A DNA stretch of 63,953 bases, counting the filler, from Octopus bimaculoides (taxonomy: Eukaryota), in assembly GCF_001194135.2 (NCBI RefSeq). It is 10 parts of 10 records of this genome, joined end to end, with 100 filler letters (N's around TTAATTAATTAA, not from the genome) between each part and the next. Parts side by side here need not be neighbours in the genome. Positions count along the whole stretch, not along the records: positions 5,033 to 21,778 come from NC_068990.1; positions 21,879 to 23,049 come from NW_026315658.1; positions 23,150 to 27,564 come from NC_068985.1; 7 more parts are not named here. The stretch is one strand, 5' to 3'. The notes under the pieces were generated by a model. The model was given only the letters and a program-made list of their open reading frames with translations, searched no databases and was not told where the DNA came from. Positions 12,771 through 23,884 of this stretch are shown in pieces. Within the stretch, counting starts at the first letter, position 1. Each line of letters opens with the position of its first letter. Both the position numbers and the translations under genes were made by a program.

Positions 12771-12851
12771 ATAAAGTATTACTGTTGCAATTCTATCACC
12801 AGAATTTTGAAAAAGTGGAACGTTTTCGAATTTTGCTTTTCTGTAGTAACT
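12771..12851 (-). CDS. P4HA: P4H alpha-like exon (81 nt, phase 0-0): SYYRKAKFENVPLFQNSGDRIATVILY
   Basis: Acceptor tttttctacag, donor TAT|gtttgt. GDRIATVILY matches the conserved GNRIATWLFY motif; order and phase fit the preceding exon. Confidence 0.85.
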
Positions 12852-13017
12852 CTGTAGAAAAAAGCAGACCAAAGAAAAAATATTTTTTGAAGTTAAGAGA
12901 TTAATATATTAACCCTTTAGTATTCAGATTACTCTATCAAATGTTTTGAATTAATCACACTTTATCTTGTAGCTTCAAGATTTCATTGGTGTGATTGTTT
13001 ATTCTTAGAATCACATT

Positions 13018-13598
13018 GGGATCTTTTTTAAAACGGGGGCCACATTTTTCATTAACGAAACACTTTGAAACTTGGAACACTGGTAGAATGTGTCATATAA
13101 AACATCTTTTCTCTTAGTCTTCTTAAAAAAAAAAAAAAATCCATAAGTTATTCCATGTTAAAGTTGTCGTATTTCTGTAATTTCAACCAATCACTGACGT
13201 CCATTCAGCCGATATACATTAAGTGCCGACTACATAAACAAACGATTCTGAAACAATTAACCCTAACCCTAACCCTAACCCTAGGGTTAGGGTTAGGGTT
13301 AGGGTTAAAGCAAATTTAAAATGAAAAAAGCAAATAAAACGAAGGTATGGAGATTAAATATGCTTTACACCGCTTAATCAGCCAAAGGAGTAAATGTAAA
13401 CAACTGAATACTTGTCAGTGATTGGTTGAAATTATCGAAATAAGACAATTTTTTACATGAAATAAATTCGAATACAAAAATATTTTTCTGTTCTATAACA
13501 CAAAATAGATAAGTATACGAAGTTTGAAAGTCTTTCCGTACCAAAAACACTACGTAAAACATTAATGAAAAATGTGGCCCCCGTTTTAAAATCGATCC
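13018..13598. mobile_element. MITE with GGATC-ended TIRs and a central telomeric palindrome
   Basis: TIR aaaacgggggccacatttttcattaa / ttaatgaaaaatgtggcccccgtttt; inner arms tttcaaccaatcactgac (13181-13198) / gtcagtgattggttgaaa (13414-13431). Confidence 0.8.
13257..13308. repeat. Perfect 52-bp palindrome of telomeric hexamers: ttaa(ccctaa)3 cccta ggg(ttaggg)3 ttaa
   Basis: Read directly; symmetry axis between 13282 and 13283. Confidence 0.95.
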
Positions 13599-13989
13599 TG
13601 ACATTGTGAGGTAGGTGAGAGAACCTGGATCTGACCAGTGTGAACATAAAATAGGTAGAATATTTTGGCCGGATATGGCTTTACAGAGTGTACTGAGTAC
13701 TTAAGGGTTGAATCATACAAGAGCTATTTTAGTCATTGAAAAATACATCAGGTCTCTGTGGAATTGTACCAGTGACAAGGTCACCATAGTGCAATGGAAA
13801 TTTTGTCAGCTCAAGAAATGAATAAAAGAAAAATTTAATAATTTTTATATATCTTTAGTTGGTTACAATGGTTCTATAATGTAACTGTAGACATTCTCAG
13901 AACAAGTTATTTTCTTGACAAGTACAACTGCTGAATTATTCAAATCATTTCTTAAATTCACATTTCCTAGAACACAATACAATACTATT

Positions 13990-14356
13990 TTACTCTTTTA
14001 CTTGTTTCAGTCATTTGACTGTGGCCATGCTGGAGCACTGCCTTTAGTCAAGCAAATCAACCCTAGGACTTATCCTTTGTAAGCCTAGTACTTATTCTAT
14101 CAGTCTCTTTTGCCGAACCGCTAGGTTACGGGGACGTAAACACACCAGCATCGGTTGTCAAGCGATGTTGGGAGTACAAACACAAACACACAAACATACA
14201 CTTCTTTCAGTTTCCGTCTACCAAATCCACTCACAAGGCTTTGGTCGGCCCGAGGCTATAGCAGAAGACATTTGCCCAAGGTGCCACGCAGTGGGAATGA
14301 ACCCGGAACCATGTGGTTTGTAAGCAAGCTACTTACCACACAGCCACTCCTATGCC
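13990..14356 (-). mobile_element. SINE family B, near full length
   Basis: tRNA-like head on the minus strand (gtggctgtgtggtaag...ggttccgggttcattccc) plus the conserved tail. Confidence 0.85.
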
Positions 14357-14409
14357 TATTTTTATAATTAATTATGAAATTGAAAACAAAGAAGTCAAAA
14401 GGCTGATCA

Positions 14410-14640
14410 CCATCATCATCATTATCATCAGCAGCAGCATTTAACATCCATCTCCCATGGGTTGGACAGTTTGACAGTGGCTAGGCAAGCTGGAGAACTG
14501 CATCAGGTTCCATTGTCTGCTGTGGTTATCTACAGCTAGATGCCCTTCCTAACACTAACAACTTTACAGTGTATATTGGGTGCTTTTTATGTGGCACCAA
14601 CATTAGGACATTTTAAGTGACACCACTAGTGGGGTTACTA
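14410..14640 (-). mobile_element. RTE 3'UTR fragment
   Basis: (CAT)n followed by the reverse complement of the RTE tail (ccatgggttggac...gatgcccttcctaac). Confidence 0.65.
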
Positions 14641-15729
14641 AGTAACTTGTGAGATGATGACTTCTTAACTGGGAGAGGGAGTGGAGCCAAAAGCTTTTGA
14701 TTTCTTAACTTGATAGGTATCTTTCATTTTTCTTTCCTAGATAGAGAAATTTAAGTGAATTGCTTGAAGATAGAATTCCCATGCACATACAAGTTGAAAA
14801 CATTCAATCTGGTATTTAACTGGCAATTCCTCAACCACAGATTTCTTTCAACTGGAGCTGACTGAAGATAGAGAATGACAAAGCAACAGTAGCAACAATA
14901 ATTTCTAAATTACTATACACTAATAGAAATATAGAAAATAGTTTAGTCATTTTGAATTAGAATTCCACTTTGATTTAGTTGTTCACTGCTAAGAAGAATT
15001 ATAAAGGAAACAAATAGCTCAGATGCAATCTAGATGTTGGACTAACTGGTACAATGGTTCAGTTTCAATTCTTCAGTCTAGAATTGTCTCAGAATAAGAG
15101 AACTTTAATTGATCTAGAATACTTTTAGGAGTTGGGAGAGCTGAAAAGTATTGCATCTGGCCACAAAACTCTCATGCTTCAGTAAAATCGTTAATTAAAT
15201 AAGTTTAATTGCTATTTAATTAACCATTTTGTTACAACATTTATGCTGAAATACACTGCCTTTGTTTCAATAAATTTTGACAATGATGAAGAATTTACTA
15301 AAATAACTTTGTCATTATTAAATTGGTGTTTAAAACATAAATTAACATGAAGTTTTAAGGGAAGATTTTAATTTAGATCACTTTTAAAACATGGAGTCTG
15401 TACCTTAAAACCAAGGTATATTTTGGGCAATTTGGTATCAAAAAGGTTACAGTAAGAAATTTTAGGATTTCTTCCCATTAAAATGTGAATATGATAAACA
15501 TTTATTTATTCTGTGCACAATTGCCATACATTTTAATTACTTGCCATCTTGGGATCAGAGGTAATCAACCAGCACTATTAATTTTAGAAAATAGAAGAAT
15601 GGGCTTTGAGGCATTCTTGGTTTTTTTCCTCAAAGACATCAGTAGAATAGGTAAAATAGTAATAATTAGGAATTGAATCATAATGCTAGCTACTTGCCAG
15701 GACTCAACTTCTTTCACCATGAACCTCAA

Positions 15730-16580
15730 TACGAGGGGTACCCAAAAGTAACCGGAAACATTCTCTGTGGAACAAGCTCATTGTAGTTCAGGCTTCTGTC
15801 ACTAGAAATCACTTGATGCAAACCTCAGGCATCAGTATACCAACTAGCAGTGTCAAGTGTAGTTGTACTGCCACACGGTGCATCTTTGTTTTGCAGTGCT
15901 TCTTCCCAGTTCATCAATTTTTGTGATGGCTTCTACGAAATTCTGTTTTCTGTTGGGATTAAATGGCAACCAAAACAGTTATGTTTCTAACAGTTTACAA
16001 GGACGCTACCATGAGCAAAACACAAGTTTACAAGTGGTATCCATGTTTTAGGAATGGTCACTTGTCACTTGAAGATCAACCTTGTTCAGGATAACCATCA
16101 ACCTCCAAGATGAATGAAAATATGAAAGTTCATGAACTGATCTTGTTGATTTGACTGGTATACCCTAGAGCTCCTACCAGCGAATTTCGAGCAAGGAATT
16201 GTGAATTAAAAGAGTTGCAGCAAAATTTATGCCTCACTTGCTCATGGAAGATCAAAAGAAGTCATGACTGAATGCATGTTGTGAACTGAAAGAACAGATG
16301 GAAGTTGACCTGGACCTTTTTTTGAAGGTCATCACTGATGGCAAAAGCTGATGCTATAGAATTTGCAGATATGGAAGAGGTGAAGAAAAAACGATGGAGT
16401 CATTGAAAGACATCACTTTACAAGAGTTCCAGCACTGCTTCAAACAGTGGAAAATGTGTCTGGACCAATGCATTGCTTCAAATAGAGAATACTTCAAAGG
16501 CGATAAAAGTGTAAACATGTAAAACTAAGTGAATAAAATAATATTGCAAAATTCCGGTTTCTTTTGGGTACCCTCTTGTA
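15730..16580 (+). mobile_element. Internally deleted mariner (Tc1/mariner) transposon
   Basis: TA-flanked TIRs tacgaggggtacccaaaagtaaccggaa / ttccggtttcttttgggtaccctcttgta. Remnants MSKTQVYKWYPCFRNGHLSLEDQPCSG*PSTS (HTH region) and FQHCFKQWKMCLDQCIASNREYFKG (C-terminus). Confidence 0.88.
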
Positions 16581-16879
16581 TATCTTCACATAACAGGCAT
16601 TAAATGTTTCCTGCCTGAGAATTCTGTTCAATAAGGTTGCTTCCTTGCACATAAAAACTTCCAAATCGTCATCTTTTACATTAAATTCCTGACTTCACTT
16701 TATCTATTGATCCCCAAATGACCTCAGTATATACAGGAAATGTTCTGTTTCCGCTTACACAATAAAACCTAACAACAATATATAGCTATATCTATATATA
16801 AAGTGGACTACCAGCTGTAAACACCACAGCTCCAATATAACACATGGGGTAAAAGGACCAGTTATTTGTCTGCATCATT

Positions 16880-17390
16880 ATCAGTAGCAGCATCATTTAA
16901 CATATGTGTTCCATGCTGGCATGGGTTAGATGGTTAGACAGCATCTGGTGGAGTCAAGGACTACATTGTGCTCCAGTGTTTGCTTTGGCATGGTTTCTAT
17001 GGCTGGCTGCCTTTCCTAATACCAGTAATTTTACAGCTTGTACTGCATGCTTATTTCATAGTACTAGCACTAGTGATGTTGCCATGCAACTTGCATGACT
17101 TGAAAACCCAAGGAGGAGAGGGTCAGCTTTATGTGAGGAGATGAGGGGTTAAAGTATGAGAGAAGAGGGAAGGAGTTGAGGGAGTTCTTGCTGTAGAAGA
17201 GCAACATGGTTACTCATATTTAGAAGAAGGGTGAGAACAATCACAGACCTGGAAATCCAAGAGGTTCCTCAAGGCACAAAGTGAGTAGAAGTGTGTGGGA
17301 ACAGAGGAATTGACAGTGTGGGTCAGTGGGTTGGGGTTTGCGAGTGTGTATGGGGGAGCAAGAGATTGGGAAATGAGAGGTAGGTAACAA
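16880..17390 (-). mobile_element. LINE-derived repeat with RTE-type tail, reverse orientation
   Basis: ccatgctggcatgggtt...tttctatggctgg...cctaat; inverted homologue of 18060-18760. Confidence 0.6.
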
Positions 17391-17582
17391 CATACATATA
17401 ACATATACAGACAATTGCATATACTTCTTAGTATATACATTACAAACATTATGATAGACATTACAGACGTTATAATATCTGTAATATAATACACAAACAG
17501 CAGCAAGAATTATATTTGTATATGATGCATTATGATGACAGTAGCGAAAAAAGCAAGAATTGGAGAATAAGATTCTACTTAC

Positions 17583-17633
17583 CACATAATCATGGTGTGG
17601 TAGATAGAGGCCACCAATGCCATAGTTTATCAC
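17583..17633 (-). CDS. P4HA: P4H alpha-like exon (51 nt, phase 0-0): VINYGIGGLYLPHHDYV, carrying the Fe-binding His-x-Asp
   Basis: Acceptor catcctcag, donor GTG|gtaagt. Strong match to the conserved VANYGxGGQYEPHFD motif. Confidence 0.92.
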
Positions 17634-17744
17634 CTGAGGATGAAGGGGTATAAGATGACAGATAGGTAAGAGGAGGAAGATGAAGAAGTGAAGAAGTTAT
17701 AATAGTAATAATTTTATTTATTTATACAATTAAGTGCAAATGTG

Positions 17745-18030
17745 TTGAGAGAAAAGTTAGCCATAAGAGGAATCAGATGATGCATGCAAGAGAGAAGACT
17801 ACAATGGTTTGGACATGTGTGATGTGTATAAATGAGAACAGTGTATAAAGAAGTGCCAATTGCTTAAAGTGGAAGGAACCTGTAGAAGAGGGAGACCCAA
17901 GAAGACAAGGGTTAAAGTAGCGAGGGCTGATCTTAAGATACTGAGCATCATGGAGGAGATGACAATAGACTGAGATGTCTGATGATCTAATGTTCTTGAG
18001 AAGCCCTGTGCACCTCAGTGAAACTGAACT
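17745..18030 (+). mobile_element. RTE C-terminal fragment
   Basis: QERRLQWFGHV...VEGTCRRGRPKKT. Confidence 0.75.
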
Positions 18031-18059
18031 CTGGAAACATTGCATACTATGTGTTCTCT

Positions 18060-18760
18060 ACTGAGATGTTACATTAATTCATCCCCACCCAATGAACCAA
18101 ACTTCATCTTGGCATGCACAACACTTGTATCTCCTTACCATTTGCCCCTGCAGCCCAATGTCACAGTGTCATCTCTCTCTCCTGTCCTCCCTCTGTCAAC
18201 CGCGTCATTGTTATTCTGCTCCTCCTCTATAAACCCAGGTTCACCACTCATTACATCCCCTTCTCCTCTCTCCCACTCCCCTTTTGCACTCTCATGAACT
18301 CCCTGCTCACTACCCCTGTCCAATTCTCTACCACTCCGCTCATATTCACCTTCTTGTATCTTGAGGAAACACCCTGGCACATCTTCACAATCTTCTCTGT
18401 CTCTCATTTCTCTCCTGCTGAGGAAGCCCTGTACCATCTCAACAGCAAAACAGCTGTTTTTGTTCCTTCAGTTTAACCTCTTATCACCTGGCACAAAGCC
18501 ACCTCCCTTGATACCCCTCCCCCACCACCTCTCAATTGAGGGATCTTTGTCTTGCAAGTTACTTGGTGACCTCACTGGAGTTGGTGCTAAGTAAAAAGCA
18601 TCCAGTCCACTCTGTAAGGTAGTTAGGAAGGGTATCCAGCCATAGAAAGCATACCATAACTGACAGTAGAGCCTGGTGCAGTCCCTTGACTTGCTAGCTC
18701 CTGTCAAGCAATTCAACCCATGCCAGCATGGAAAATAGACATTAAATGGTGAAGCTGATG
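18060..18760 (+). mobile_element. LINE-derived repeat with RTE-type tail and (GAT)n
   Basis: ttaggaagggtatccagccatagaaa...acccatgccagcatggaaa...gatgatgat. Confidence 0.65.
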
Positions 18761-19384
18761 ATGATGATGATGACAATGATGATGAAGATGATAATGATGA
18801 TGCTGATGCTGATGATGATGAAGATGATGATGATGATGAATGATTTTATTTACCAACACAGTGGCTCTGACGTTGAAGTATTGAATTAATAGTTTATGCG
18901 TCCCTGAACAAGGAATACCCTGCTTGTGTGAATTTACCTGAGTGATTACTTCACCAACACTACCACCACCACTGCTACCATCATCATCATCACCACCACC
19001 ACCACCACCATCACTATTACCAAAATCATCACAACCAAAAAAAAACAAATCATCATCCTCATTTTTGTTGTTGTCATCGTCATCATCATCATAATCATCA
19101 GTCATCATCCTCATTTTTGTTGTCGTCATCGCCATCGTCATCATCCTCATCGTTGTTATCTTCATCATCATCATCGTCAACACAGTCATTGTCTTTGTCA
19201 TCGTCATCATAATTATCGTCGTCGTCATCATCATCATCATTATTGGTAGCAGTAATGAAACCAACAGCAGCTGCTTCAATATCCATATAATCAAACTATC
19301 ATTGACACTCAATACACTTTTTTACTCCTCTTCTTTTTCTTTTCCTCCTCGCCCTCCCTTCATGATGATGATGATGATGATGAC

Positions 19385-19427
<43 letters not shown>

Positions 19428-19430
19428 AGC
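18755..19430. repeat. Compound (GAT)/(CAT)/(CAC)/(CAG) microsatellites
   Basis: Read directly. Confidence 0.9.
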
Positions 19431-19719
19431 AACAAATGCGGCAGAGACAGCAGCAACGTTTTCTTTCCTAACATCATTAAGTACCATAATATTCATTAGT
19501 ATTCATAGTAAGTGTGAAAGACATGTAAGTCCTTACACATGCCACAGACACAAGTGCCAGAAAGGCAACACTGGGCACATGTGCCATCACGATTTCGCTT
19601 GCCTTAACAGGTCTTCGCAAGCTGAGTTTCGTGTCCAATGAAGGAGACGACGTTGGCATGGGTGCCAGTCGTAAGAAACAAACTCCTTTGTTTTGTATTT
19701 GTTAATTTTATTATTTATT

Positions 19720-19751
<32 letters not shown>

Positions 19752-19792
19752 CGTGTGTGTGTGTGTGAACAAGTATGTGCACCTATTCTTAC

Positions 19793-19907
19793 CTGAAATA
19801 ACTCACTGTTGGTGTCTTTAAGTTTGAAGTCAGTCTGTAATCCTGTAATCAATTTGATCCGTCGACACAAGACTTCACTCATTTTATCTTCAGCTGGAAG
19901 CCATGTG
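19793..19907 (-). CDS. P4HA: Prolyl 4-hydroxylase alpha-subunit-like gene, internal exon (115 nt, phase 2 to 0): TWLPAEDKMSEVLCRRIKLITGLQTDFKLKDTNSELFQ
   Basis: Acceptor ttccttttcatccag, donor CAG|gtaaga. Translation matches the P4H alpha motif (S/A)WL...RI..(L/I)TGL...E.LQ and ends in phase 0 before the VxNYG exon. Confidence 0.85.
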
Positions 19908-20549
19908 CTGGATGAAAAGGAAAAACAGAAACAAAGAATTTCAAGATTCCATCATCTTTTTAGTGTTATAGTGAATAAGAATAGTATTACCTTTCCTTTT
20001 GAAATAAAAGTTTTCAGGATGAAATCAACACTCTTATTATCTTGATATTCCGGAGATCAAGCTTACAAAAATGTTGTGCAGAAAATATTGTTTCTAATTT
20101 AGGTATAAGGCTGGAAATTTTGAAGGGTTAGAGTTAATTGATATCCTTGACCTTAATACTAGAATGTTACTTCAGTTAACTTGAGTAGTATTTGAACTCA
20201 GAATGTAATGAGCCAGAAGAAATGCTACAAGCATTTTTTCTGATACTTTAACACTTTAGCATTCAGTTTATTCTGTCAAGTGTATTGCTTATTTATTTTG
20301 AATTAATCATGAATTATATCATAGTTTTGAGGTTTCAGATTTCAATGATATGATTGTTTATTTTTAGAATGATAATGTAGGATAGGTGTGAGAAGCTGGA
20401 TCTGTTCAGTTTGAACAAAAATCAAATAAAATATTTGGGCTGAATATAGCCAGTTTGAATATGAAAGGGAAAAATGATTCTGTCAGTTTGCTGCCAGAAA
20501 ATATGGTTAAGAAGCTAGTTCTGCAGCTGCATGAGTTTGTGTGCAGTCA

Positions 20550-20643
20550 TGCTGCTTAACTTCTTGGGTAAGTGCCTTCTACTACAGCCCTGGGCCAACA
20601 AATGTCTTTTGAGTGAATTTGGTAGACAGAAACGGTGTGAGTT

Positions 20644-20676
<33 letters not shown>

Positions 20677-20884
20677 CTTTGTGTTTGTTTCTGACCAACT
20701 ACTTGACAACTGGAGTTGGTTTATTTACATCACTGTAACTGAGCAGTTTGGCAAAAGAGACTAATAGAATAAGTACCAGACTTTAAAAAAAGTACTGGGG
20801 TTGCTTTGTTGTTTCACTAAATCCTTCAAGGTGATGCCCTTGCGCAACTGCAAGCCCAATGACTGTACAAGTAAAAGGTAAAAG
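20550..20884 (+). mobile_element. SINE family B copy
   Basis: Same body as 13990-14356, in the opposite orientation. Confidence 0.75.
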
Positions 20885-20967
20885 ACCTCTAAAATTAGAC
20901 TGATTGTTAAAAAATTTGACTGATTGTTAAAAAATTTGACTGAATTAGTCTAAACTAGCCTCAGTAG

Positions 20968-21348
20968 AGGTGCAATGGCCCAGTGCTTAGGGCAGCAGAC
21001 TCATGGTCGTAGGATTGTGGTTTTGATTCCCAGATCAGGTGTTGTGAGTGTTTATTGAGCAAAAACACCTAAAGCTTCATGAGGTTCCAGCAAGGGGTGG
21101 TGGCAAACCCTGCTGAACTCTTTCATCACAACTTTCTCTCACTCTTTCTTCCTGTTTCTGTTGTACCTGTATTTCAAAGAGCCAGCCTTGTTGCACACTG
21201 TGTCACACTTAATCTCCTCAGAACTACGTTAAGGTACATATGTCTGTGGAGTGCTCAACCACTTACACATTAATTTAACGAGCAGGCTGTTCTGTTGATC
21301 AGATCAACTGGAATCCTCATTGTCGTAACCAACGGAGTGCTACAAAAC
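20968..21348 (+). mobile_element. SINE family A, full length (tRNA-derived head)
   Basis: A-box-like tggcccagtgcttag and B-box-like ggttttgattccc; body shared with 1381-1681 and 56143-56390. Confidence 0.85.
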
Positions 21349-21468
21349 TAGCCTCAGGATATCTCTCTCTCTATATATATATCTCTATATCACTCTCTCT
21401 GTATCTCTCTCTCTCTCTCTCTCTGTATCCCTCTGTATATCTCTCTTTCCATATCTCTCTATATCTCT

Positions 21469-21528
<60 letters not shown>

Positions 21529-21617
21529 GGGAGAATGTACGAAAAAAACAACAGACGAGGACAGGTGGTGTAAACAACAAAAGGATGTATTAGTATGACG
21601 CTCGGGAATACGGAAAG

Positions 21618-21654
21618 TCTTTAACGTTTCGAGCTATGCTCTTCAACAGAAAGA
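21618..21654 (-). ncRNA. Minimal hammerhead ribozyme-like motif with A6-to-U variant core
   Basis: Minus strand reads TCTTT-CTGTTGA-A-GAGC-ATA-GCTC-GAAA-CG-TT-AAAGA: perfect 5-bp helix I, 4-bp helix II, GAAA and palindromic ACGT helix III. Confidence 0.5.
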
Positions 21655-23149
21655 ATACGGAGACAAGGAGAAAAACACGGAGAAAAAAAATTGAATAGTG
21701 TTCAGTCAACGGTCAATCATAGTAATGGCTAATCATAGTAATGGCTAATCATAGTAATGGCTGACCGGAAGTTAAAGANNNNNNNNNNNNNNNNNNNNNN
21801 NNNNNNNNNNNNNNNNNNNNNNTTAATTAATTAANNNNNNNNNNNNNNNNNNNNNNNNNNNNNNNNNNNNNNNNNNNNAAAAAAATTGTCAGCTATTGTT
21901 TCTAGCCAGTGAAGCGATCTCGTAGACAGTCCTTCGTAGCTTCCTTTATCACTGGTTATTCTTATTGATATTATAGTTTATGTAATTAGCTATTTTTCTC
22001 ATGCACAAAATATGCCTTTATTGTTTCTTCACTATTATCTATATCTGAACCTTACTTCAGCTATTTCGTTGCGTGCCCTGGTCAAGGAGAAACTGCTTAC
22101 TTCGTTTACCAGAGGTTCTAGTTCACAGTCGAAAGGTTAATAACAGGAAAGATATTCAACTGTGCCCTTACTCCAACCCTATTATATAGATTAATAAANN
22201 NNNNNNNNAACGTGTTTATGGAAAAGCTAAAAATAAAAGATCGCATCATCAACTTGTATATGATAAACTGAGATGTAATAATAACCTGGACGAGACATTG
22301 TCACTAATATCTCATTAATGCATCTGATTAGTTATGTGTACCTCAAAGGGACATAAAGATTAGGTAATTATGTAAAATACAGACACTCTGTTAATTTACG
22401 ATTTAAAACAGCTGCAAATTGTAAAAATAAGGGTATCAGTACTCATATTTAGTGTTTGTGCGTATATAAAAGCATTGCTGTCGTTTGTAAGCGAGTGTGA
22501 TTTGGTAGCCTGTACTACACTTTCCTTAATGCGTATGTAGTTGCAAATNNNNNNNNNNNNNNNNNNGGACCTCCCATCCTTGACCCAGTGGAACATTGTG
22601 GGTGTGTGACAAGCTGGAGAGGGAGAAGGCTGCATCAAAAATAGGCTGGTGCTTATTTACAGCAGAGTGACACGAATTGAAATACCTTGGTCAAGCACAC
22701 ATTCAGAGAAAGGCCATTGGACTGGTTGGCTTAAATCACTTGCAGACATGTTCANNNNNNNNNNNNNNNNNNNNNNNNNNNNNNNNNNNNNNNNNNNNNN
22801 NNNNNNNNNNNNNNNNNNNNNNNNNNNNNNNNNTACTACAATGATCTCTGCTTCTTGGAGCTGTGTGGTCTCATGCCACTTCTACCCAGGCACTCCCAAC
22901 TCACTTGTCTCTCCTCTTCTTTCATTGTCCTCATTGGTGTTTAGCCTCTAGTCCATGTAATTACTACATTCTCTCCATCCACCTCACTATGTTCACCCTT
23001 TGAAATTCTTTCCCGGTTCATGTCTCTTCTACTATCAATGACTTGCAGTNNNNNNNNNNNNNNNNNNNNNNNNNNNNNNNNNNNNNNNNNNNNTTAATTA
23101 ATTAANNNNNNNNNNNNNNNNNNNNNNNNNNNNNNNNNNNNNNNNNNNN

Positions 23150-23192
<43 letters not shown>

Positions 23193-23584
23193 TATCTACA
23201 TATACATACAAACATACAGGTATATATATATATGCATGTGTATATAATATATGAATGTGCCCCAGCATGGCTGCGGTTCAATGACTGGAACAATTGAAAG
23301 ATAAATGATATACATACATATGTACATTTATTATTTATTTATTTCATCTACATACATGTATAAAATGGCGACGAGTAACTCCTACCAAATCAGAAAATTC
23401 ATGAAGATGAACGCGTTTCCACTGAGTTTAAACATACTATAAAAGAAAACTAACCAAAATGTTTTGTAAAATACATGAGCATTGGAATATTGACAATTCT
23501 GTAGAGAATTATTCTGTTGAGAGTAATCGCAACGATAAGTTTGCTGAAAGCAACAAAAACAAAACATACGCACACACTCTTTCT

Positions 23585-23673
<89 letters not shown>

Positions 23674-23884
23674 TCCCCCTCTCTCTTTCTCATATATACA
23701 CTCTCACATTCACAATTTTCCAGTTGCATGTAACATTGCTATTGCATATGCAACTTCTAGAAGATGAACTCTGGACATGGGACTTTTCGACAAAGGAAAG
23801 AGTGCTTGATAACATACTCACACATTTTCAGCGTTGAACATTACCATCTCTTTTATATTACATAAACGCGCGCGCGCAAACATA

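Larger units (their letters stand above)
12913..13707. mobile_element. piggyBac-like MITE interrupted by a second MITE
   Basis: Flanks TTAA|ccctttagtattcag ... ctgagtacttaaggg|TTGA. An uninterrupted relative lies at about 20240-20470. Confidence 0.55.

Noticed and set aside
13257-13308. Ancient telomere-telomere fusion site
   Set aside because: The orientation is CCCTAA then TTAGGG (the reverse of a fusion scar), it is very short, and it lies at a MITE centre.
20968-21050. tRNA genes
   Set aside because: The A/B-box-like heads continue into SINE bodies; no complete cloverleaf seen.
23410-23419. Minus-strand GAAA-CGCG-TT hammerhead half
   Set aside because: No upstream CUGANGA core or helices.
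23362-23442. AAAATGGCG (YY1-like) with an ATG start
   Set aside because: The ORF closes after about 25 codons, with no donor or promoter context.
23455-23543. 89-nt phase 0-to-2 exon candidate upstream of the P4H exon
   Set aside because: The phase fits, but the peptide (QTYRCDYSQQNN...) lacks the expected RxSx motif.
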